DNA of 64,000 nt, taken from contig JAAOMT010000543.1 of the NCBI GenBank assembly GCA_016748015.1, positions 62,001 to 126,000 on the forward strand. The letters run 5' to 3'. The position numbers and the translations under genes are program-made. Origin of the DNA: Geosiphon pyriformis uo1. Lineage: Eukaryota; Fungi; Glomeromycota. Shown in pieces: positions 54,197 through 64,000 of the stretch. How positions within the stretch are numbered: the first letter of the stretch is position 1; each line of letters starts with the position of its first letter. The notes below the pieces were generated by a model. It was not told where the DNA came from. It saw only the letters and a list, made by a program, of their open reading frames with translations, and did no database searches.

Positions 54197-55735
54197 AGTG
54201 CAATCTAATTACTACCTAAAAACATATAATTATATAAGATTCTATATTAAGTATAATTTATGTTTTTTCTATAACTAGTTATTTAGACTAATAAAAACAG
54301 TATTATACACAAAAATTACTTAGTATATAAAAGTCATACAAAAAATTAAAATATCTACTAATTAAACAAAGATATAATTCAAAACAAACATATATACTTA
54401 GCTTAATACTAAAATCATAAATTATTTTAAAAATTACAAGAAAATCAAACTAGATATAATTAAAATCACAAATTTATTATATAACAAAAAATCATATTTT
54501 TTATAATATACTTTTAATTTGACAATTAACAATTACATAACAGATCTGTAACTCTTAACTAAACTCTAAACCAAATTAATAATTAATATACTATTATTAG
54601 ATTTGACATTCAACAAATACACTATATTAATTACTTATTCTTTTATCACAAAATTTTTAGCCAGTAACATATATTAATAATTAAAAAATTTAATGACATA
54701 TAATAATCAGTACAATTATTAATGCTAGTATTTAGCAAAACAGTTTATTCTCAAATAATATTTAAAATCAGTTTCTTCTTAATACAATTATTATAAATAT
54801 ATAAAAATATATAATTAAAGTTTTTAATTAATTTACATTAAATACATAATATATTAAAATAACTTGAATTGTATAATTTTTTTTTTGGCTATAAACAAGC
54901 AGTAGTATAGTGTTTTTATAAAATAAAACTAAAGTATCATAAATATAAAGCTAATAAAACCAAAATAAACTTAGCTATTAAAGTATTATACATATCAAAA
55001 AAATTGCAAAAAGTTCTATTTACAATATCATTAAAACATTTGAATTTCTAACAAACAAAACTAATTGTCTTAAACAAATACTTAATAAAGTGATAAGTGT
55101 TCTTAAAAACAGATCTGTTTTTAATAACAAAAAAGTGATATAGTACTTTAACAGATAACATAAAATTAGATATAATAATAGCATTAGCATAAAAATTTAC
55201 ATACTTATTGCCAAGAATTCTAGAATAATCTTTGATCTTGTTTTAACTAATTAACAAATATTTAGATATAATAGTTTAATAAATATGTTCTTTTTCTATC
55301 TAATATTTATTGTAAAAATCAGAATTAATATTTTTCTTAATTAATTTATATATATTCAATACTGTTATTATTTATAAAAAAAAAGTACAAAAAAGAAATA
55401 GAAAAAAACAGATTATAAAAATAAGCCAATAAAAAAATAGTACTTAATAAGTAGGCATATTTTTAAAAATATGTATATTTACAAAAAATAAGCACATTGT
55501 CAGAAAATTATAACATATTTTTAAGAATGTGCATATTTACAAAAAATGAGAATATTTTCAAAAAATCATGACATATTGCTTAGGAATAAACACAAAAAAA
55601 CTTCTTTCTTTCTTTTACCCAAAATTTCCAAAAAAGAGTCAAAAGTTTTTTTGAAAGAAGTTTTTTACCATTCAGTACAATAAATCAAAACTGTTTTTTA
55701 ATTACGAGGCCACTGTTGGCCCTGTTATTGCTGTT

Positions 55736-57533
55736 ATGAAGAAAACTATTAAAGGTTCTGGTTCTGAAAGTGGTTTCAAGACTGTTGCATCAAGGAAAAA
55801 GAGGAAGGGAGGTGTATTGGAAGAGGGTATTGATAATAAAGAGACTGTTGCTAAAGCTCCTAGTGCTCATTCATGGGGTTTTGAAACCAGTGACACTACA
55901 GAGTCTGAGAGTATTGACATAGAGAAAGAGTGCTTGGTTGAGGAAACCAGTGTCAACTATGGTGAAAGTGGTCCTTTTGTGAAAAAGAATCCTGATCATA
56001 CACCAAAGAGTTTGTGCGTGAAAACCAAGAAAGTGTTAGGAAAGCTGCTAAGTGTGATTGATTATAATACTGTTAATGCAAAAGATGATGTGTTGAATGA
56101 TTTTTTCTCTTTTCTACCTTTTCTTCCTATCAAGCCATCCATTTAGGTGTCTGTTCACAAATTTTTTGCTTTGGATATTAATCTTGTGGCTGTCACTGAG
56201 AAGTCTTCTCAGAAAAAATTGAGTTTTGTGAGAAAAATTTTCTCTGGTGTGAATGGTTTTGGAGGGGTTTCTACCCCCTCAAAATTTGGTGATATCATCC
56301 GAGCAACTTTTACTTCAGAATTGGCAATGATGACTGCTGGAAAATTGGCACATGATCATGGTGTTATAGTAAACACTAATCTTAAGTGTCCTGGCAACAA
56401 TCATACAAATCAGGTAATTGTGCTAAAAAATTCCTGTGGAAACATCTTTGGAGGCTATGCAAACTGCGGTGTCTGAATTTGATAAGATTGTGAAGATCAA
56501 GATACAACTAGTTGGTTTGTGGCAAAAGGCGATTGTCAAGATAGAAGATTTAAATCAGACTGATTTCTTGGCAGCCAAATGGTCTATTCTAATTGGAAAA
56601 AATGTGGTTCGTGTGGCCAGGGCTGACGTAGATAAACAAACATGGGATTCTAAGGACAAATTCAGGGTGTTGTTTTACACTCTTCTCATAGGAATGAACA
56701 CTCATAATTTGTGGGATTTTCTCAGTTTGGTGGGTGGAAAAACATGTGTCATTGGATGCAATTCTGTCAACTACACTCATGCGCGCTGTGCTACTGTGGG
56801 CTTTGAGTCTGAGGAAGTTCTTTTGCAGACTATGGCTAACACACCAGTTATAAGAGATGTGGGTTTTTACTGGTCATGTTTGTCTTCTGCTGTATGCTCT
56901 TTCTGTGGTTCTCTTGGCCATACCTCATTAGCCTACAAGTTGGCTGGTGCTTCTTCCATTCCAAAGAGCAAAAGGACTCCCATCTTGGCTCAGGATTGGT
57001 TTAGGCTTGCAAAGATTTACGAGAGGAAGTCTGCCCTAATTTCTCATCTTTTGGCTTTTGGTGGAAAGACTTGGGTATCAGTGATTGGCTCTCCTTCTCT
57101 GGGTGCTTCACATAGGTTCAATTTTCAGCTTGGTTCTATTGAAAATGGTAAACCTCTTCTTCTGGTAATGAATGATTTAGAAAGACATTTGGTTCGCATT
57201 AAAAGCAGTCTTACCAGCCTCGCAGAACAAATTAGTAAGTTGGCTAAGAGGTTGGAATCGTTCATGCCGGCAGTTTCTCAGCCTAGCCCTGAATGTCAGC
57301 TGCCAGTGACTTCCCTATTGCAGAATCAAGGAAAGAATATAGTGATGGGAATGGGTTCAGGTGATGCCACTAGTGACAAGACTGCTGTCATTCTGAGTTC
57401 AACTGCCTCACCTAAGGTTATAAAATTAGAAAACATATTGGAAGGTCTCTCTGCTTCAGTTATGTGTCTATCAGTGCACTTGGATGGTTTGGCTTTGGCA
57501 AGTGGTGCTTCTCCTCTACCTCTTTCTCAATGA
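55736..57533 (+). pseudogene. LINE B ORF1
   Basis: Homologous to ORF1 of copy A; one stop (56144) and one frameshift (~56425). Confidence 0.87.
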
Positions 57534-60500
57534 GTGGTTTGGTATAGAAAATTGCCACATGTAATGTTTGTAGGTTGAACAATCCTGCGAAGCAAGATGA
57601 TGTTATTTATTGGCACAAGGATATAAACAATTTGGTTTCTATTTTTACGGAGTTAAAGCTTAAAGAGAAAGTTCGCCCATAGTTGGCTGACAAATTTGAT
57701 GGTGTTCGGGTTTTTACTTCTGGTCTGGATTCTGGTTCTTTGGGTGTTGGGGTGTTAATTGTCATGAATTTTTTTTTAGCAAAACACATCTGCAAAGTCT
57801 CTGAAATACCTGGTCGGCTCCTATCTATCAAGTTGCTTTTCAAAAATAAACTTTCAGTGTCTATTTTGGGGCTCTATGCTGGTGCTTCATTGGTGGTTCA
57901 ATTTTTTCAGGCTGAAGAAATCAACTCTTTCATTGCTAAAGCTGTTAATGAGTCTTCTTTTGTTATTCTTGATGGTGATTTTAATAAAGATGGTTCTCAC
58001 AAATGTGCCAGTTTCAAAAAATGTTTTGATTTAAATTTGATTAACTCTCTGAAGGGGAGCTCTTTTGTGAAGTTACCTACTTGGTACAATTCTTGTGGTA
58101 TCACTAAGACAATTGACTATGGGTTCATTTTTTTTAATTTGGTTGGTGTGGTGGTGAATTGTGGTGTGGATGGTGTTGAGGACTATTTTAATACCAATCA
58201 CAAGACTATTTATGTTTCTGTGAAACTGGGTGGCCTGCTCAATGTCCAATTGAACTCACTGTGCAAACAAGCAAATAGAAATTGTTGGAAATATGATATC
58301 AAAGATGCCAGTAAGATTAAGTGGTCAGAATTCAAGAATGCTACGGCTGCTAATGCTGTTATGTTCTCGGATGAGTTTGTTACAGCTAAGCAGTTTTCTG
58401 ATCTGAATGTGATGTGGGACATTATTTGTAAGGTTATGGTTCTTTTGGCTAGTGGAACATTCAAGAAAAAATGGTTTAAGAGTTTTGATTGTGTTTTTAA
58501 TAAGGTGTCTTCCCAGTTTTATAAACTGAAGCTACATGTGTCTAAAATGGTGAAGGCTTCTTGGTTGGTTTCTGGTGGAGATTTTGCCTTGTTGTTGGAT
58601 ACTTGGAACAGGCTTAATTCTGTGAACACTTCGCCAGTAAGATCTCTGCTTCTTTCTGGTGCCGGTTTTGATGCAATCTGTTCTGGGCTGGCTAAGGCGA
58701 GGAAGTCTTACCACTTTTCTAAGTTGTTGGAATCTAAGCATACTAAAGAATCTCATATAAAACAGGCTGTTAAGAGAAGAATAGAGAGTTTTGAGGTGGA
58801 TAAGAGTCACACCATTAGAAGTGTTTTAGAGCATTTTTTTTGTAAAGTGGTGTTGGATCATTTGGTGGATGGTGGGGAGTTGGTCTTGGAGTCTGAGTTG
58901 ATTAAATCTAAGATAGATGGAATCATGGAGGGTTGGACTAGAAAATGTGTGGTGGCTTCTGATATCTCTGGTGATTGGGCAATGCAATTTCGGCCTTTGA
59001 ATCATGTCTTTGATAGTGTTTTCTCTGATGTGATGCATTCAATTGGTTTTAATGAGATGTTTGGTGTTATTTCAAATTTGCCCAATGAAAAAGTGGCTGG
59101 TCTTTCTGGTATTACTAATGAACTTTAGAAACACTGTGACAAATCAGTCTTGGATATGCTTTTGGTGCTCTTAAATTTTTGTTTGGATTGTGAGTTAGTG
59201 CCTGGATCTTGGAGGGAAGTCTGGGTCTCAATGATATCTAAACCTTACAAGTGGGAGGAGGTTCTTACAAATACCCACCCCATTGCTTTGATTGAGACAG
59301 CTTGCAAGATTCTTTCCAAGATTTTTTCAGATTGAATTTCTCTGACTTGTAGCATTTTTGATGTTTTCTATGAAGACAATTTCTCTGTTCTAAAAGATAC
59401 ATCTACTCAATCACCTATCTTTACTATTGGTTTGGTAATCGAAGATGCTTTGGAAAAGAATCATGAGTTGTGGCTGGTTTTACAGGATATGTGCAAAGCT
59501 TATAATTCTGTTGGTTGGAAGCATCTCAAGAGAAGTTTAATTAGGATCAAAATGTGTAACAAATTTATCAGATTTTTTGGTAGCATTCATAATGATTGCA
59601 CTAACAGAGTAATGACAGATTTTGGTTTGACTGATGGATATTATGTTCATGATGGATTGGATCAGGGAGAGGTTTTTTTGTCACTTCTTTGGCGCATATT
59701 TTATGACTCATTTTTGTGTGAAGTTAAAAGACAGAAGAGCATTTGTGGTTACAAGTTGATTTCTCATTTTATTTCTAAGACTGGCCAGGTGGAATTTCAA
59801 GCTGGGCTGACATTGTTTTTGGCCACTGGTGCTTTTGTTAATGATACTATCTGGGTCGGTAGCAGCCAGGCTGCTATACAACACATCCTCAATGTTGCTA
59901 GTGATTTCTTTTGTTTAAATGACATTTCGATAAACAATGACAAGACTGTGGTCATTCCTATCAACTATTAGATCACTGCTTCTTATCTAACTATCAGTGG
60001 TCTGCCAATTTTCATTACTAAAAGAGATGAACCTCATCATTATCTGGGGATTTTTTTATTTTCTGAAGGTTTTTCAAAGCTTAGCTTGGTTAAAACACAT
60101 TTAGATGTTTGGTTTTTTGTCAATCTCATTCTAAGAAAAGTTATTTCAGATAAACAGTTTGTTTATTTGGTGTCTTTAGTTCTCTTTCTTATTGTCAGCT
60201 ACAGAACTCAGTTCAGTTTTATTCCTCTCAGTGTGTATATTAAATGGGATGCTTTGATTCGCAAGAGCCTAAAATTCAAATCTGGGCTGCCTCTGGACTT
60301 TCCCAATGATGCACTTCATCATCTTTCTTTGTACAATTTAAAAACTTTTGAACAGATTCAGGCTGAGAGCAAGTTGGCTTCTGTTATTGCTTTTGCGAAT
60401 TCAGTTGGTGTTTTGGGACACTTGTTTTCTTATAGATTTCACGATTTCCAGATTCTTAGCTGGCGTCCTTGTCACCCTTTGTTGTTTCCTGTTTGTGTTA

Positions 60501-62218
60501 GAATTAGCTCTTCAAACAACTTTTTGGCAGGTGTGGTTTGTATTTTTTCTGGGTGTAATTTATCTTTGGGTAGCTCTCTGGCTGGTGTTTTTTGTTTTCG
60601 GAGCAGTACTCTTATGTCTCTAGTTCTTAGCAAGGCAATTTTTTTCAAATGTGTCTCTTCCCTCAGGCATTATGGTATTGCTTTCGTAGAACAGCTTTGT
60701 GACCAAAATGGCGTTGTTTTTGATTGGAAGACTTTCAAGCATTGGAAAAGACTGAACCCCTGTGGCCCAGTCCCCTTCTGATTTAATCTCTCTGTTCATT
60801 TTCTTGGTGGTGTTGTTTCTCCTTCTGGTTGTTCTCCTTATGAGGGTGTTTGTGGCTCTTCTGACATTTGTCAGTCTCTTGGTTTTGGTGTTATTTGTAA
60901 TAATCTGTTGAATGTTGGTGCTGCCCGCATCTCTGTGTATACAGATAAATTTCTAAGTAACTTGGGCACTGTTGACATATTGGCTAATGCTGCAGTTTTC
61001 TTTAAAAACATTGATTCAGATCTGGGTGTGGGGGTTTCTGGTTTGGTTTCTTCTACTTTGGCAAAGTTGCAGGCCATTGCTTTAGCTCTTGAGTGTGTTC
61101 CTTTTTTTCGTTTGGTTGACTTGTTCTCAGACAGCCAGACGGCTTTAGATACTTGCAGGTCAGAGTCTTTATTGGTTGGCCCTGATTTCAGGAATTGTTG
61201 TTGAATTGAACGTCGTCACATTACCAATGTCATTCGTTGCAAAAATTTGGATGTTAATTAGATTAAGGTTGTGGACTATTTGGGTGTTTCAGGCAATGAG
61301 CATGCTGATGCACTTGCTAAGAATACTGCTCTTTCTGCTTGGCACCTGCCCCATTTAGTCAGTGAGAGGTTTTTGAAAACTGGTGTTGATACGGTTTTTG
61401 GTAATTCGAGGCATTTTGTTCATAATGTATTCAAGTCAATCTATCATATGCATTGGGAAATTGGTTCTGGTTCCCAGGTTGTTCCAAGTTGTTTGTGTGC
61501 TGATATTGACTGGTTGAGGTCTTTTCTGGTTTGGCACCCTGACTCCCATTTGGCTTTGGGCTTTACTAGTGTGAGAACTGCTGGCCTTCAGATGTACTTT
61601 ATGAAGGCTCTTCATTGTCAGCTTCCTGTTGCTGTGTGGAAGTGTTTATATAATAGAAGTTATCCCAGTGTGGTGTGTTTGTTTTGTGGTGATATCGAAG
61701 TTTCGGACCATATTTTTTCTTGTCCGTTTGATACTGCTGGTCGTGTTCAGTTGTTAAATGCTCATGCATTAGCTTGGGAGGCACGTTCTGGTTTGGTTCA
61801 GTCTTCTTCGTGTGTCTCACAATTGTTGTCTTCTTGTGTTGCTAACATTGCAGTTGGTGCTGCTCTGTACAAGGGCTTTGTTTTTGGTAATTGGTATCGT
61901 GAATTGGTTTTGGTTTTCAGAGATTTCAAGATTGCAACGTCAGTCATTGTGGATTTTGTGCATGCATTTTGCCTCTCTTTTCAGGACAATATTTGGCTGG
62001 TCTGTGCTAAATACTGGGCTTTCATGGAGAAAAATGGGCTAATTCCATGTGATGGTTCTATCTCAGCTTCAGTTTTTGATTCTTCTATATTGTTTTCCTC
62101 TGGTGTGGTTAGATTGTTGGGTGTTGCTGAGGCTTTTGGTGTTGGTTTTGGGTTTTGCAAGTCTTGTTTGTTTTTTTCTGGTATTGGTAACGAAATCTCC
62201 ATTCATATAGGTGCTTAG
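57530..62218 (+). pseudogene. LINE B ORF2: APE - RT - RNase H - CCHC
   Basis: MSGLV*KIATCNV..; GDFN, TIDY, THPIALIE, DMCKAYNSV, GLDQGE, AFVNDT, VYTD, SDSQ, GNEHAD, CLFC..HIFSC. Single frame with in-frame stops. Confidence 0.92.
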
Positions 62219-64000
62219 TGTCATTTTGATTAGTCTGAATGACTAGTTACATATAGAAAAAGCATGATTCACACCTAATTTAAATCATTTGAATGGTGTA
62301 TAGTACTAGGTTGCGTTTGGACTTCACTTATTAAAAAAATAAAATAAAAATAAAAAATAAACACAATTTTAAAAAGTAATATAAAAAAAATAAAAATATG
62401 TGAAATTTTGTATAATAAGAAATATATATATATAATAGTAATATCAAAAAAAAGAAAACCATTTATAAATTCTTAGTTAGTTAAACAATAATATTCATAA
62501 TATATTCTTTTCTTTAAAAATAATTTTTTATATCTTAAAATAGAATTATCTAAATATTAAATAAAATTATTATTTTATTATTTAATTTATGTTATTTTTT
62601 TTATTAGATTAAAATTGTTATTTACTGATTTTCTTTGTAATTTATGCTAATAACATTTGTTACTTAATTACATAAGACCAATAACTCTTAATTATGATTA
62701 TTAATAGGATACTAATTTTTTATTTTTTTTATTATTATTTTTATTTTACTTCTCTTTTATTTATTTTTGTTTTATGTTGTATACTAATTAATTAAAAAAT
62801 TAAGTACTAAAATATTAACATTAAGAATAGCCTAAAAAAAACCCATGAAACAAGAATAAAACTTAAGAATAACTTATTAAAAAAACATAACTGCCAAATT
62901 AAACCAGCCTTTACACTAAAAATAAATATTCAAAAAAACAACTATTAAGTAAATTTTTGTTTATTATACAAAAAACTCAACCAAAACCTTCAAAAATTAT
63001 TAATAATATAATTAGTTATTAAGCACCAAATTACAAGTTTGTTATTTATTCTAATGTCTCAAATAATTACTTATAATATTTAATACTCTTTATAAGATAT
63101 AATACAACAAAGAACAAGCACTAGTATTAACTATCTGAAAAAATAGCAGACCAAAAAATAATAGAAAAAAATTACTTAGGATTTATGAAATTTTTATTTC
63201 AATATTATCAAACTTACTTAAAGCTAACAAATAATTATTGACCAAAATTAATTTTTAATTTTTATATTAACAAAAAAATTGTATATTACTTAAAAAAACA
63301 AAAAAATTCAAATATTACTATTAAAATTTCTACAACAAACTATTATAACACACCAGTTTTTTACAAAATCATTGTTTTGTTCCAATAATTACAGAAATAA
63401 ATTATAAAATTAAAAAATACATCAAAGATTTTCTATCATCTTTACTAATAAAAAAAAGAAAAGTTACAAATTTTAGCAAAAGCCCCCAAAAAAATACAAC
63501 CATCTATCTAAAAAAGCCAAAAATTATTTTATTTATTAACTCATTATATTATTATATACTTAAAAGTATTATCAATATATTCTTAAGAATTATATTATTG
63601 TTAATTGTAAAGACACTTATAACTCAAATTTTATTTCAAAACAATTAGAGAAAATTATGATTATTGAGAATTTACAGTAATTATTTTGAAGAACTTAAAT
63701 TGTAACCAACAATGTCATCAGAACTTTAATTATTATCATTTTAACTTAATTTTAGATTCACCAGTAATTAGACAAATACTAATTTAAAAAAAAAATCAGT
63801 AATCAAAAAAATAATAAACAAAACCTAATTTCAAATAAACCAAAAATCCAAACTCTAATTGTTTAAACTTTAACAAATCTAAACAATTCAAATTTTACTC
63901 CTATTGTTAATAGCAACTTATCTCTAATTATCTGAATTAATTTTCTAATTGCATTAATAACTGCTTTTTAATAATCATTATAATAACTACTTATACCAAT

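Larger units (their letters stand above)
55596..62355 (+). mobile_element. Full-length LINE copy B with A-rich tail and ~11-bp TSD AATAAACACAA
   Basis: AATAAACACAA at 55585-55595 and 62356-62366; tail AAAAAAATAAAATAAAAATAAAA; 5' UTR shared with copy A. Confidence 0.93.
55363..64000 (+). mobile_element. Degenerate dUTPase-family Gypsy copy: 5' LTR (~55363-55595 + 62367-63078, split by LINE B), decayed PBS, gag running off the window
   Basis: Both pieces match the reverse complement of the 32029-32951 LTR. LTR ends AAATAATTACTTATAATA at ~63078; 63100-64000 resembles the reverse complement of ~43000-43990. Confidence 0.75.

Noticed and set aside
48865-62202. Antisense and alternate-frame ORFs over the LINEs
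   Set aside because: Shadow ORFs with no motifs and inconsistent boundaries between copies A and B.
47109-62218. Alternative genetic code or stop-codon reassignment explaining in-frame stops
   Set aside because: Stops replace different residues (W, Q, R), mostly differ between copies, and host genes use the standard code with clean frames.

Overview
Very AT-rich eukaryotic DNA with short GT-AG introns. It is most likely an early-diverging fungus; the gene and TE types resemble Glomeromycotina, but that is inference. Host genes sit in two CpG-retaining islands. The first holds a 3-exon secreted CAP/SCP gene (1573-2366, -) and a 7-exon SH3 + transglutaminase-like gene (3635-5962, -). The second holds a Sel1-repeat gene (20622-21536, +). 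The rest is a nested transposon graveyard: at least four copies or fragments of a dUTPase-carrying Ty3/Gypsy family, four or more copies of an APE-RT-RNaseH-CCHC LINE, a Pogo/Tigger transposon, a 280-bp MITE, Tc1/mariner remnants and a second Gypsy family. Main highlights: (i) a non-autonomous LTR element made of two ~1.4-kb LTRs around only 141 bp of internal DNA (PBS + PPT), inserted in a Gypsy RT with a 4-bp TSD; (ii) transition-dominated (C>T/G>A) decay of repeats that leaves the 4.7-kb LINE ORF2 frames free of frameshifts but full of stops, which is RIP-like; (iii) dUTPase between protease and RT in the Gypsy family; (iv) an AUGA stop-start junction between LINE ORF1 and ORF2; (v) a reconstructable multi-layer nesting history. 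All calls were read by eye; no searches or alignments were run.
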